Below, piece by piece: positions 10,973 through 21,136 of a DNA stretch of 64,000 nucleotides; position 1 is the stretch's first letter, and the number at the start of each line of letters is the position of its first letter. The DNA comes from a virus. Taxonomy: Duplodnaviria; Caudoviricetes. Below the pieces are notes generated by a model. It was not told where the DNA came from. It worked only from the letters and a program-made list of their open reading frames with translations, and made no database searches. The stretch lies in the IMG/VR virus record IMGVR_UViG_3300028048_000064, positions 85,925 to 149,924 of that record. One strand, given 5' to 3'. The translations under genes were made by a program, and so were the position numbers.

Positions 10973-11677
10973 ATGAGAAGAACACAAAAGTTCGAGAAAT
11001 TAGACGAAATTGATGCATATTTCGAAGATATAAAACAATATAGACCACTTTCTTCAAGGGAAGAAAAGGAACTTGCCAAGAAGATTAAAAAGGGTGATAA
11101 AGCAGCACTTGATAAGTTAGTAAAGGCTAATCTGAAATTCGTAATAAACTATGCAAAACAATATAGAAAAAGCGGAGTTCCATTTACTGATTTGATTTCA
11201 GAAGGAAATATTGGGCTAATTAAGGCAGCAGAGAGATTTGATGAAACCAAAGGTGTAAAATTCATTTCATACGCAGTTTGGTGGATAAGAAACTCAATCC
11301 AAGAATGTATTGAACGTTATTTGGGTAATGATGAGGAAGTAAATGCAGAAACTTATATGTTTGACAAATGCAATACATCTGAATATGAATATTCTTCAAA
11401 ATTGGTAAATAATGAATTTGAGGAAGAACTGAATAATATTCAAAGCAGAGAAGCAACAATAGCCGAGCTTATGAAAACTCTTAAAGAACGTGAGATTAAG
11501 ATACTTTCACTTTATTTCGGCCTATATAACGGTAAGGAAATGACACTTGATGAAATCGGCCAAGAAATGGATTTAACAAAGGAAAGAGTAAGACAGATTA
11601 AGGATAAGGCATTGGTTAAATTAAAGGTAAATGCCCTTTCATCAGATGAGTTTTATACTTTTAAGGAACTGAGATAA
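10973..11677 (+). CDS. Phage-encoded RpoD/sigma70-family sigma factor
   Basis: LVKANLKFV, DLISEGNIGLIKAAERFD, KFISYAVWWIR, TLDEIG..LTKERVRQI. Confidence 0.92.
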   Translation: MRRTQKFEKLDEIDAYFEDIKQYRPLSSREEKELAKKIKKGDKAALDKLVKANLKFVINYAKQYRKSGVPFTDLISEGNIGLIKAAERFDETKGVKFISYAVWWIRNSIQECIERYLGNDEEVNAETYMFDKCNTSEYEYSSKLVNNEFEEELNNIQSREATIAELMKTLKEREIKILSLYFGLYNGKEMTLDEIGQEMDLTKERVRQIKDKALVKLKVNALSSDEFYTFKELR

Positions 11678-11733
11678 TAATTAGGGAACTATATACCTGT
11701 TATTCCCGAATGGGATGTCGAGGATTTACTATA

Positions 11734-12992
11734 TTGACGTTTCACAGGGTGTCCAATGACATTGCCCTCGCCGTCCTTTAAACCGGTTCCCTCCGGTCTA
11801 TTATATTCGCATCCTTCTCCACAATACCTACTAAGGCTTGTGGATTCAAGGCAAATCTCTTTATGTTTATTGCTGCATTAATATCACGGTCATGATGCAT
11901 ACCACAAACAGGACAATTCCATTCACGGTCTTTTAATGTCATGTCAGACTTAACATATCCGCAATTGCTGCATGTCTTACTACTTGGCTCAAACCTACCA
12001 ATGAATATCACGTTCTTACCAAGCCAATCACTCTTGTACATGACCTGACGGACAAACTCACCCCAAGATGCACTTTGTATACTATTCGCAAGTTTGTGAT
12101 TCTTCAGCATACCATCTACATTAAGGTTCTCAAGACAAATGGTGTCATAACGTCTTACAAGGTCTGTTGTGAGTTTGTGAAGAAAATCTAAACGCATATT
12201 GGTTATTTTCCTATATTGTTTTGCAATCTTCAATCTCATTACTTCATACCTGTTAGAGCCTTTTACTGTCCTTGCAAACCTACGTTGCAGCAAGGCAAGC
12301 CTTGCTTGGATATGTTCAAGATATTTTGGATTTGAGTATTTAGTCCCATCAGACAGTATTGCGTAATCCTTTATCCCAAGGTCGATTCCAACACTTGTTT
12401 CTTCAGAAATTTTGGTTTTCGATTTCTGAGGTTTGTTGTCTTCGACCACAATGGTACACCAATACTCGCCGCATTTATCTCTACTGACAGTCAGTGTTCC
12501 AATATTAGCACTTGATAAATCAAATAGCTTGTTCTTGCATAGTTTAACCCACCCGCATTTTGGTATTCTGACTTTCCAATTTTCAAAGTCAAATCTGATT
12601 GCATTAATATATTTTGAACGGTCTTTTGATTTTTTCTTTGATTTGAATTTAGGAAAACCTTTTTTTGCTTTGAAAAACTGTGTGTATGCATTGTCAAGGT
12701 TGCGTAGTGACTGCTGAAGGCATTCAGCCGGTACATTTTTCAACCATTTATATTCCTCAGTATTTTTTAGTGTGGTTAGTTCCTTTGCGAGTTCAAAATA
12801 AGTTATAGTTTTATGTTCGTTAGCCCAAGCCTTTGTTTTTTTATCAAGTCCCCAATTGTATATGAACCGAGCACAGCCAAATGTTTGCAGTAATTGGTGT
12901 TGCTGCTTGTATGTGGGTTTAATTTTGTACTTATATGCTCGTTTCATGATATTACTTATAGTTTTTACCTGTTTTCTATAAATAAATATCAT
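11734..12992 (-). mobile_element. IS200/IS605-superfamily (IS1341-like) solo tnpB element with putative omegaRNA at right end
   Basis: On the minus strand the tnpB 3' end is followed by a GC-rich structured tract ending GAAACGTCAA at 11734; no tnpA adjacent; left end not defined. Confidence 0.7.
11778..12947 (-). CDS. tnpB: RNA-guided endonuclease TnpB
   Basis: MKRAYKYKIKPT HTH, RuvC I GIDLGIK, RuvC II CLENL, Zn finger CSNC..CPVC, RuvC III DRDINAAINI; catalytic D/E/D intact. Confidence 0.92.
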   Translation of the reverse strand: MKRAYKYKIKPTYKQQHQLLQTFGCARFIYNWGLDKKTKAWANEHKTITYFELAKELTTLKNTEEYKWLKNVPAECLQQSLRNLDNAYTQFFKAKKGFPKFKSKKKSKDRSKYINAIRFDFENWKVRIPKCGWVKLCKNKLFDLSSANIGTLTVSRDKCGEYWCTIVVEDNKPQKSKTKISEETSVGIDLGIKDYAILSDGTKYSNPKYLEHIQARLALLQRRFARTVKGSNRYEVMRLKIAKQYRKITNMRLDFLHKLTTDLVRRYDTICLENLNVDGMLKNHKLANSIQSASWGEFVRQVMYKSDWLGKNVIFIGRFEPSSKTCSNCGYVKSDMTLKDREWNCPVCGMHHDRDINAAINIKRFALNPQALVGIVEKDANIIDRREPV

Positions 12993-13054
12993 AATGTTTT
13001 GAAAAATTTTCTTTATTTAACTATATTTATGTTATAAGATTAAGGTAATATACT

Positions 13055-13672
13055 ATGGCAAATAAGAAAACAGCAAGTAAAAAGGCTAAGAAAGATACAA
13101 AGAAAGTAAAGAATGCTGAAGCAAATGTAGATGTAAAGGATTTGTTTTTGGCTGAAGCTAAGAGTAGTGCATTTACAGAGGAAACAATAAGTGAATTGGA
13201 CGGGATAAAGGTTGAAAGTCCATATAAGAAAAAGGAAGTAGAAGAACCGGTTGATACTCCAACAGATGAGGTAGAAGTAAGTGATGCAGTTATTGATGCA
13301 ACTGATATTCCTACTGATGAATTAGCTGATATAATTATGACATCAGCACAGGATGATGTTGTTAAGATTGTTGATGAAGAAAATGAGACTGTTGAAGAAA
13401 AAACAGTAGGTGAGTTACTTGAAGAAGTTATTGAACAGCCGGAGAAAGAAGAAGTTATAAATGTTCCGTTTGTACAGATAGCCGGTGAGGAAACAAATGA
13501 TGCCAATGAAGGAGTTGCAACATATGCAACTACATATTCAACAGAGGAAATCAAGGAAGAAGTAAAAAATGAAACGCCTCAACCTAAAAAGGATACTATT
13601 AAGCCAAAGAAACGTTCAACATCAAGGGAAGTGTATGGTTATCATTGGATGGGTATGATTTTTGATGAGTAA
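13055..13672 (+). CDS. Acidic low-complexity hypothetical protein
   Basis: 205 aa, E/D/V-rich, preceded by a TATTTAT motif. Confidence 0.6.
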   Translation: MANKKTASKKAKKDTKKVKNAEANVDVKDLFLAEAKSSAFTEETISELDGIKVESPYKKKEVEEPVDTPTDEVEVSDAVIDATDIPTDELADIIMTSAQDDVVKIVDEENETVEEKTVGELLEEVIEQPEKEEVINVPFVQIAGEETNDANEGVATYATTYSTEEIKEEVKNETPQPKKDTIKPKKRSTSREVYGYHWMGMIFDE

Positions 13673-13700
13673 TTAATTAATTTTTAAATAAGTTAAGGAA

Positions 13701-14210
13701 ATGAATAAAGATAAAGGATATATAGAGATTTCAGAAAGTCTCAAAAGGATACGTTCAATCAACGAAGGTAAGGTTTTGAATGAGAATTATACATCAACAT
13801 CTACGTCTTCATCATCTTACAGTGAACCTACAACTACCGACGATGCTGATAGTAAGAAAGTTGATACTGTGCCATATACGATGCAGGATGAGTTGATGGC
13901 TAATATTACACAGACAGCAAAGACACAGTTTGGCGCTGATTTCTCACAGTCAGATAACCCAATGCTGTATTATCCAAAGGATGGTGATGTCACATTGAGT
14001 GGTACTATTGGTGATATGAATGATGCCAAATTCCAATTCAGATATAAAGATTCTTCCGGCAATGGATGTTATGTATGGGTTGACCCATTACAACTGACAG
14101 ATGAAACAATTAAGAAACTATCAGTAATAAATGGAGTATATAAGAATTGGAAGAATGACCTTGCATCCGCAGAAGATATAAAGCCGATGGGCTATAAAAA
14201 TAGACAGTAA
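13701..14210 (+). CDS. Hypothetical protein
   Basis: 169-aa ORF; followed by hairpin AAGCCAC..GTGGCTT plus T-run. Confidence 0.6.
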   Translation: MNKDKGYIEISESLKRIRSINEGKVLNENYTSTSTSSSSYSEPTTTDDADSKKVDTVPYTMQDELMANITQTAKTQFGADFSQSDNPMLYYPKDGDVTLSGTIGDMNDAKFQFRYKDSSGNGCYVWVDPLQLTDETIKKLSVINGVYKNWKNDLASAEDIKPMGYKNRQ

Positions 14211-14216
14211 GAGAAT

Positions 14217-14241
14217 AAGCCACTTAAATGTGGCTTTTTTT
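14217..14241 (+). terminator. Intrinsic terminator
   Basis: AAGCCAC-TTAAAT-GTGGCTT followed by a T-run. Confidence 0.6.
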
Positions 14242-14276
14242 CTTGTCAATTCAATATTTATTGTATATATTGAATA

Positions 14277-14498
14277 GTGATGGCAATTACTGATAATGAT
14301 ATAAAGAGAATGCTTCATGAGGAACTATCCAAACAAGAGGTTAGGTCAATGATTGATGACAAATTGGCAGAATATCTGAAGGATAGGGAATTGAAGAAAC
14401 AAATAAGGAATGTAGCAGTGGACGTTATTGAGGATTTCTTCCATGAGATGTGGAGAAAGAACGGCTTCTGGAAAAGTCCGATTAAAAACAAATTATAG
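14277..14498 (+). CDS. Small hypothetical protein
   Basis: 73-aa ORF in a co-oriented run. Confidence 0.55.
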   Translation: MMAITDNDIKRMLHEELSKQEVRSMIDDKLAEYLKDRELKKQIRNVAVDVIEDFFHEMWRKNGFWKSPIKNKL

Positions 14499-14513
14499 GA
14501 GGAAAAAAGAGGC

Positions 14514-15713
14514 ATGAATGACGTAATAATGGCTAATTTGAAGAAATATGCTGCTAATAATAAAAGCAGTGTTTTCGCATTAAGTAATTGGTTGACTCTG
14601 AAAATGAAGAATTTTTCATTGACTGAGGCTCTTGCATGTGTTTATTTGTTTGCCGGCGGTCATGAAGATGAAATGACAAAGATTATCAAGCAATTGACAG
14701 AGAAAAGAAAGGTTAATGGCCGTACACAAGTATATAATGCAGATAATGTTGATGTTATTGACATTATTCGTGGTACAAATGGTAAACTCCAATTAAAAGG
14801 ATATAATCCTGATAAAGAACCTATGGCTAAAGGACAGCATCTCCCAAGAAATCAGAAGATTTTCAGAAAGAGTGATGACCAAGTTAATAAAACTTATCAG
14901 AATTCTGAAAGGAAAATGATGGATTTCGGTCAAAAGGTAAGGGAAATGTTTCCGGGTGAGTCTAATATGTATATAACCCATGCAATGCAAGCCATTAAGA
15001 GGTATGCTAATGAAAAGAAGATAAGTACAGATAAGGTATTAAATTCAATTGAAAAGGGTAGACTCAAGTTAAAGGATGAGGAATATAATTCATTTGAAGT
15101 AGTGTCGGCTTTTAACGAATCTAGAACAATTATAATCAGTGAGTCAGTATTCAATGAAATCAATAGGGAATACGAAATGACAGAATATAAATTCTATAAT
15201 AATATAAAGAAATTCCTCGCTGATTTGCTTGCAGACCCTGTGAATGCTAAACCAACAGATATATTGTTGAAAAATAAACTTACACGTTCAAAACTTCTTA
15301 AATATCTAATCGGTCTTGGCATTTTAGAAAGAGATAATAAACTTTCTGACAAGGATGAAAATGGAATGCCGAAGAATGTAACAATGCTTACCAAATTCAA
15401 AGTCCCTAGGAAAAACCTTGACAGAAAACTTAAAAAGATGTGGATAAGGCTCTTTGAAAGGAATATACCTGAGAGAAAGCATAATACCGAATTAAATGAA
15501 GAAGGCGAAGGTGCAACAACAGCCGATGCATCAGGTGAGTTTGTACAGCCATTATTTTCTGTTCAAAGGAGAAAGATGCCTGTAGAGGTAGAAGAAGCAA
15601 CTACCACTTCAACAGCAGGAAACTATGAGTATGATGTGCCATTTGTCGGTGATGAAGAAACATTGGCAAGGAAAAATGGTGTTGGTGGCTCAGTTTCTGT
15701 AAATAAAGCGTAA
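14514..15713 (+). CDS. Hypothetical protein (possible internal head protein)
   Basis: 399 aa; IIISES..NE motif seen in several ORFs here. Confidence 0.55.
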   Translation: MNDVIMANLKKYAANNKSSVFALSNWLTLKMKNFSLTEALACVYLFAGGHEDEMTKIIKQLTEKRKVNGRTQVYNADNVDVIDIIRGTNGKLQLKGYNPDKEPMAKGQHLPRNQKIFRKSDDQVNKTYQNSERKMMDFGQKVREMFPGESNMYITHAMQAIKRYANEKKISTDKVLNSIEKGRLKLKDEEYNSFEVVSAFNESRTIIISESVFNEINREYEMTEYKFYNNIKKFLADLLADPVNAKPTDILLKNKLTRSKLLKYLIGLGILERDNKLSDKDENGMPKNVTMLTKFKVPRKNLDRKLKKMWIRLFERNIPERKHNTELNEEGEGATTADASGEFVQPLFSVQRRKMPVEVEEATTTSTAGNYEYDVPFVGDEETLARKNGVGGSVSVNKA

Positions 15714-15717
15714 TTTT

Positions 15718-15924
15718 TTGGCGATGTCAACTATTTATAGATATAATAATAGCGATGACTTCGACCGGTCAGTTGTAATAGATAAGTTACAGCATATAGC
15801 CGGCGAGTTGGAACTTGAACAAGAGAAACCCGATGAGGAACGAAGCAGAGAAGCGGAGTTTAAACTGATTTACCGACAGTTCATCGAGGGGTTGAAACTA
15901 TCAACAGGATACAATTATAGATAA
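15718..15924 (+). CDS. Small hypothetical protein
   Basis: 68-aa ORF. Confidence 0.4.
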   Translation: MAMSTIYRYNNSDDFDRSVVIDKLQHIAGELELEQEKPDEERSREAEFKLIYRQFIEGLKLSTGYNYR

Positions 15925-15944
15925 AAGTTAAATATATTTAAACA

Positions 15945-16814
15945 ATGTTATCAAAAAGATATACGTTCAGCGAATTAAATCAAATCCTCATGGAAAGCAA
16001 CTATGGGTTCAATCCTCGTATTGGTGAGAAAGTTGAGAGTGAGGATAAGAAGAATAACGAAAAGGCAGTGGACGATATCATGAAACAGTCTAAGGAGTTC
16101 GATGGTGGAATTACTGATAAGAAGAAAAACACCAACAAGGAAGATATACAGGACTTCAACAAGACAACACTTGATGTCAAGTTTGCATCTGAACCCGGTG
16201 ATTCTTATGTAGAAAGGGTAAAGGCACAAGTTCATGGTTTCCCATCTGCTGACAACGAGAAAAACAGCAAGATTAAGGAAGATAACAAGTCCTTAGACTT
16301 TGAAGGTAACGAAGAATTCTATGATGCTCAGAAAGAGAAATCAAAGGAAGTAAATGATAAGGAGGCAGAGTTGAAGCATGCCGGCCTTAAAGCGCGTGAG
16401 TTACCAAAAGAAATATTTAAAAATGATACATTATTTAAAAACGAGAATAAGACAATGAAGCGTTTACATTTCAAGAATACAATATTCCTCAGTGAAGCAC
16501 AGATGCTGAAGAAAGTCCCTGAAGAGTTCAAGAACTCTGATGGCAAATTTATTATGAAGGATGCAAGTGATACAGAGTACCTGGTAGAGTGCAAATATAA
16601 TGACACTTTCAAGTGTGCAAAACTCACTGTCCTCAATAAGACCAATAAGGAGCAGATTAATGAAGAGTTGGAAAGAATGAAGCAACTCTATGATTATAGC
16701 AGTTCAAACTACATGGGTGGTACAACTGCCAAGTCAAGAAAGGATGAGACAAAAACCTTGTCTGAAATGATTGACCATGTTAAGGACATGGATAAAACTG
16801 TTAAGGGAGAATAA
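15945..16814 (+). CDS. Hypothetical acidic protein (possible head protein)
   Basis: 289 aa, K/E-rich, INEELERMKQL motif. Confidence 0.6.
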   Translation: MLSKRYTFSELNQILMESNYGFNPRIGEKVESEDKKNNEKAVDDIMKQSKEFDGGITDKKKNTNKEDIQDFNKTTLDVKFASEPGDSYVERVKAQVHGFPSADNEKNSKIKEDNKSLDFEGNEEFYDAQKEKSKEVNDKEAELKHAGLKARELPKEIFKNDTLFKNENKTMKRLHFKNTIFLSEAQMLKKVPEEFKNSDGKFIMKDASDTEYLVECKYNDTFKCAKLTVLNKTNKEQINEELERMKQLYDYSSSNYMGGTTAKSRKDETKTLSEMIDHVKDMDKTVKGE

Positions 16815-16825
16815 TAAACTGACTA

Positions 16826-17524
16826 TTGAGGATAACGGAGACGGAGATGGAGCATTTAGAATTTTTAGAAAAGACTATCAAACTGATGGATAAGTATGGT
16901 TTGTGGAAGATATTCCAAGCTACACTTGTATTGGCTGGTTTTCTTTACATAACATATAATGTCCAAAATCTGCCTGATATAGTGTCAGTTGCTTTTAACA
17001 ATGAGACTGAGATAAAACAGAAATCACATGATGCTGCCGTCGAAGTAAGAAGAGCAATCAAGCCAAATGTGGATATGCTTCTTAAAGATGCCTTGTCCAC
17101 AATGAATGCAGACCGTGCATTCGTAATCGAAATGCACAACGGTACGAATAACGTTGCAGGACTGCCATTCATCTATGGTGAAATGACCTATGAAGAGGTA
17201 AGGTCACATATAGCACACATTGATGAGGATTATACATCTGTCAATCTGTCAAGGTTCAATTTTCCAATATATATTGAAAACAACCATATATGGCGTGGAA
17301 GTATCGAGGAATTAGGTAAAATTGATTCGAAGCTGGCATCAAGGCTTGCATCAAACGACGTTACCTTTCTTGCAATTATAGGGCTTCATGGTGTGAATAA
17401 CGAATTGGGATATTTCGGTTTCACATTCTGTAATGGAAAAGCCGTTCCAACTGAACAAGAAATTGAAATATGTCTTACATCAACAGCCCAAAAACTGTCA
17501 ATATTACTCGATTCTAAAAGATGA
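16826..17524 (+). CDS. Membrane-anchored protein with GAF-like C-terminus, holin-like
   Basis: One N-terminal TM helix; ADRAFVIEMHNG and LGYFGFTF segments; architecture like T4 holin T (inference). Confidence 0.5.
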   Translation: MRITETEMEHLEFLEKTIKLMDKYGLWKIFQATLVLAGFLYITYNVQNLPDIVSVAFNNETEIKQKSHDAAVEVRRAIKPNVDMLLKDALSTMNADRAFVIEMHNGTNNVAGLPFIYGEMTYEEVRSHIAHIDEDYTSVNLSRFNFPIYIENNHIWRGSIEELGKIDSKLASRLASNDVTFLAIIGLHGVNNELGYFGFTFCNGKAVPTEQEIEICLTSTAQKLSILLDSKR

Positions 17525-17547
17525 TTTAATAGTTTGGAGGGTTAGAT

Positions 17548-17805
17548 ATGACGTTAACGAAGAGACAGAGGAACATCATCGATGTAGCACAGTGGATACT
17601 TATAGGTATCATGCTATTCGTTTGCACAGTAGTTTATGTTGGAAACGTAAAACTCAGCAACGAGGACAGAGTGCTTAAAAAAGAAAGTACTTATATCAAA
17701 ATCTACAGTGACCACAGAATTCATGAATTGGAAAAAGAAAACAAAGAATTAGCTGATTCACTGCTGAAAATAACCGAAAAATTGAAAGAGTCAACAGTTA
17801 ACTGA
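17548..17805 (+). CDS. Small TM + coiled-coil protein (possible spanin-like)
   Basis: N-terminal TM helix then heptad-rich tail. Confidence 0.45.
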   Translation: MTLTKRQRNIIDVAQWILIGIMLFVCTVVYVGNVKLSNEDRVLKKESTYIKIYSDHRIHELEKENKELADSLLKITEKLKESTVN

Positions 17806-17820
17806 AATTAAAGCTTATTT

Positions 17821-18333
17821 ATGACTGATATAGATAATAAAAAATTTTTCTACGTTCTATTAGCACTGATTGCATTGCTAATTGGGTCAATAATACTGAA
17901 TATCACACAGTATCAAGACCTTCACAATAGTGAAACAAAAACCACTATTGTTGAGAAACATGACACCCTTACAGTACATGATACCCTCACAATTGATAAC
18001 CCACAACCTGCTGAGATAATAGAGACAACCAAATATATTAAAGTACCTGTCAAGAGTGATGAAAAAGATACCGTATATGTTGAACTTGCAAAAACAGAGA
18101 AAATATACAAGGATGATTCAACATACGAATGTAAGGTATCAGGCGTAGAACCAAATCTTGATTATATCAAGGTTTTTCCGAAGACAACTATTATAACCAA
18201 TGAAAAGACAATCACAATAGAAAAAACACGTAAAGCACATTTCAATTGGGGCTTACAAGGTGGTTTAGGATATGGCATATTAGGGAAGAAATTTGATATA
18301 TATGTGGGATTTGGCGCACAATATAGTTTTTGA
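17821..18333 (+). CDS. Bacteroidota-phage membrane protein (possible spanin-like)
   Basis: N-terminal TM, HDTL/DTVY repeats, C-terminal GLQGGLGYG..YVGFGAQYSF beta-hairpin. Confidence 0.55.
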   Translation: MTDIDNKKFFYVLLALIALLIGSIILNITQYQDLHNSETKTTIVEKHDTLTVHDTLTIDNPQPAEIIETTKYIKVPVKSDEKDTVYVELAKTEKIYKDDSTYECKVSGVEPNLDYIKVFPKTTIITNEKTITIEKTRKAHFNWGLQGGLGYGILGKKFDIYVGFGAQYSF

Positions 18334-18419
18334 AAACAACTTTACATATTTTTCTGACGGCTAAATGTTGAGTTTAGCCGCTTTTTTTATTATATTGATA
18401 TTATATTTAATCGATTAAT

Positions 18420-18602
18420 ATGTTTTTGACGAAAATTTTTGTTTTTATATTCATAATGTGCCTATTAAATCTGATTAGAGAAGGCTTTAGATTTGGAATT
18501 TGCTTTGCAAAGAATGAAAAGTATAAAAGTAATACAGTAAGGACAATATTCTTGTGGGCATCTATTTCATATGTCCTAACAATAATTTTTTGTGGGTTTT
18601 AA
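18420..18602 (+). CDS. Small two-TM membrane protein
   Basis: 60 aa, two hydrophobic segments. Confidence 0.5.
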   Translation: MFLTKIFVFIFIMCLLNLIREGFRFGICFAKNEKYKSNTVRTIFLWASISYVLTIIFCGF

Positions 18603-18617
18603 AAAGGAATAATATAT

Positions 18618-19157
18618 ATGGATTTACAGGAAAGACTAATTGAATTATCAGAATATGGAGCAAATTTCAATGTTGCAAACGGTAATTTCGTAATAAAAAT
18701 CAAATATGATAGCAAATGGTCTATCATTCAACCTGATGGTGATGAAATTGCATTCTATCGTGATGAGAATGATTCATCAGTATACTATTATGTTGCACCG
18801 GTATCTATCAGTATAGATAAGATATTTGCAGCAATTGATGAAACTATTGACTATAATAGGGAACTTGAACAGAAAGTCGTACTGTTTAAACAGAAAATGG
18901 AAGAATTGCAGAATATCTTTGCAAAAGAAAGCCTTGAAGTACTGAATACCTTGGAGTTTAAGGTTAAAAAGAAAAAAGTTGCCAATAATAAAAAGGAAAA
19001 ACAAACCAAGGAAGAAGTTGAGGAACAAACCGAAACAAAAAATGAAGTAGAGTCTACAACAGTAGAGGAAACAAAGGAAACTGAAAAGGAAGAGAAAAAA
19101 GAAGATAAACTTTCAGAGATAGATGATAAAATAAGTAAGATATTAAATAATAAGTAA
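18618..19157 (+). CDS. Hypothetical protein
   Basis: 179-aa ORF, coiled-coil C-terminus. Confidence 0.6.
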   Translation: MDLQERLIELSEYGANFNVANGNFVIKIKYDSKWSIIQPDGDEIAFYRDENDSSVYYYVAPVSISIDKIFAAIDETIDYNRELEQKVVLFKQKMEELQNIFAKESLEVLNTLEFKVKKKKVANNKKEKQTKEEVEEQTETKNEVESTTVEETKETEKEEKKEDKLSEIDDKISKILNNK

Positions 19158-19164
19158 AGGTAAA

Positions 19165-19560
19165 ATGATGACATTAATTACATTTTTAAGCTACATATTT
19201 TTATTATACGGGCTATCCAACCTTGTGGTCTATAGTAATGGCATTTTCCATATATTTGAGAAGTGGCGTTTAATTGCACATAATATCGGAGAACAATTTG
19301 GCGAATTATTCACATGTATGATGTGTTTCTCTACATGGGTTGGCCTTGCATTAAGCCTTATTAATAATATCTTTTTACCATCAGTACCATTTACAGCATT
19401 TAATATGATATTAGGGGCAGTAGCACCTTGGTGGTTTGTTATGGTACTTGATATGGGATTTGCAAGTGCTGTTGTATGGCTATTACATCAGTTAGAGGAA
19501 ATGATGGAAAGAACCGGCAATGTTGTTTACGAAGACGAAATGATTAATCAACAAACTTAA
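19165..19560 (+). CDS. Membrane protein with CxxC..W motif (DUF1360-like)
   Basis: LFTCMMCFSTWVG in a multi-TM protein. Confidence 0.55.
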   Translation: MMTLITFLSYIFLLYGLSNLVVYSNGIFHIFEKWRLIAHNIGEQFGELFTCMMCFSTWVGLALSLINNIFLPSVPFTAFNMILGAVAPWWFVMVLDMGFASAVVWLLHQLEEMMERTGNVVYEDEMINQQT

Positions 19561-19572
19561 CATATACGCACT

Positions 19573-19824
19573 ATGGGTTTCGATTTACAGAAAGAATTGA
19601 ATAACAATGAGAATGACAAGATTGCCATTGAAGCACAAGTTGAAAAATACAAGAAGACTTTTGCTGATGAGTTAGTTAAAAAAGGCGTAGGAAAGGAAAT
19701 GTCCGAAAGCCTTAAATATAATTCACAACCGGTAAAGTTAAGGAAACCTTTCAAACTAAGGGTAAATGAAAAGATAGAGAAGTTTAAAAATAAATTGAAA
19801 ATCGTATTAGGAGTGGAAGAATAG
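19573..19824 (+). CDS. Hypothetical protein
   Basis: 83-aa ORF. Confidence 0.5.
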   Translation: MGFDLQKELNNNENDKIAIEAQVEKYKKTFADELVKKGVGKEMSESLKYNSQPVKLRKPFKLRVNEKIEKFKNKLKIVLGVEE

Positions 19825-19825
19825 G

Positions 19826-20092
19826 ATGGTTATAGATGATTTTTTTGAAATTGCCAATGGACTTGACAATACATTGCTGATGCTTCAGGAGAAGTACCAA
19901 ACGGATTTAAAAAGAAAATTCACAATTGGAATACAATTGCCAAAGGATGAATTAAGAAGACTTGACCATGACCTTTATGTAATGCAGAATGGTAATGAAG
20001 CCGGCTTTACTGGAAGTGATGAAATAAGAGCCAAGATAATGGGACTTGACTTTGTTGTCGTTTCAGAAGAAGAAAAAGAGGAAGAAACCTAA
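19826..20092 (+). CDS. Hypothetical protein
   Basis: 88-aa ORF. Confidence 0.5.
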   Translation: MVIDDFFEIANGLDNTLLMLQEKYQTDLKRKFTIGIQLPKDELRRLDHDLYVMQNGNEAGFTGSDEIRAKIMGLDFVVVSEEEKEEET

Positions 20093-21018
20093 TTGGCTTT
20101 TTCCTTTTCTTTTTTCTTTTTTTCCTGAAATGTACGTTTGCGATTTTTTTGACCTGTCTTGTTTTGTAATTCATCTATAATCCATGTTGATAACCTCCTG
20201 TTAAGTTTATCGGTGAATAGTATGTACTTGTTTTGTTTTAATTTCTTAACAGCTTTCTCTAATATATCATATAGCCTTTCAGCTTCCTCATAACTTTTAC
20301 AAGATATGAAATCATACTCCAAGTCATATTGTATGATGATGTGTTCCTGATATAGGAATATTCTTTTTATATTCTCACGACATACATCCTTTAAAAGTAT
20401 CTCTTTAAGTATAAAATGGGCAGTTTTCTTATCCTTTACAGGGTGATAGCCATATACCTTGAATTTTTCTTCAACAAGCCAATCATGCTTTGCAATGATT
20501 TTATAGTCACTGTCGGTTATGACGTTTTCAACGAATTTTCCGAACTCATTCTTGAATTTCTTTGCCTTTTCTACATCTGCACCGACCTTTTCAACAATCA
20601 TTATCTCATATTTGACAGGTTTTGTTAGTTTTCCATTAATGGCAATACCATCACTTGTTTCCAATACAGCCATAGGGCATAGTACTGACTTCATGTTTTC
20701 CTCTACAGCATTGTTATACATATCATAGGCATCATTCCTCCACCATGTAGTGCCAATACGCTTAACCCTACGCCTATTCTTCATAACAACAACCATATAA
20801 TAAGCATACTTGTCATTGTTTTTCTTCTTCTCAGCAAGAATAACGGCACGTCTTTTCTTATAAGCACGCTTGTTTTGCTTGCTTTTAAGTTTTTTCTTAT
20901 GGGCAATTTTCTTTAATCTTTCCTTTTCAGCCTTCTTCTCGGCTCTTTTGCGTTCCCTTTCAAGTTTTCTCTGTTTTTCCTCTTCACGTCTTTTTAAAAT
21001 CTTTTCTAATTGTGTCAT
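20089..21018 (-). CDS. Basic hypothetical protein
   Basis: 309 aa, K/R-rich N-terminus. Confidence 0.6.
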   Translation of the reverse strand: MTQLEKILKRREEEKQRKLERERKRAEKKAEKERLKKIAHKKKLKSKQNKRAYKKRRAVILAEKKKNNDKYAYYMVVVMKNRRRVKRIGTTWWRNDAYDMYNNAVEENMKSVLCPMAVLETSDGIAINGKLTKPVKYEIMIVEKVGADVEKAKKFKNEFGKFVENVITDSDYKIIAKHDWLVEEKFKVYGYHPVKDKKTAHFILKEILLKDVCRENIKRIFLYQEHIIIQYDLEYDFISCKSYEEAERLYDILEKAVKKLKQNKYILFTDKLNRRLSTWIIDELQNKTGQKNRKRTFQEKKKKEKEKAN

Positions 21019-21062
21019 AGACAGTTAAATTTCAATTTTATCATAAATATGTACTGAAAAAA

Positions 21063-21094
21063 TTTGGTTGTAAAGAGAAAAAATAGTATCTTTG
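21063..21094 (+). promoter_or_regulatory. Bacteroidota-type promoter
   Basis: TTTG-N20-TATCTTTG. Confidence 0.75.
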
Positions 21095-21136
21095 CAACCG
21101 ATAATAAAATTTATTAACTTAAATACGTAAAAGAAA

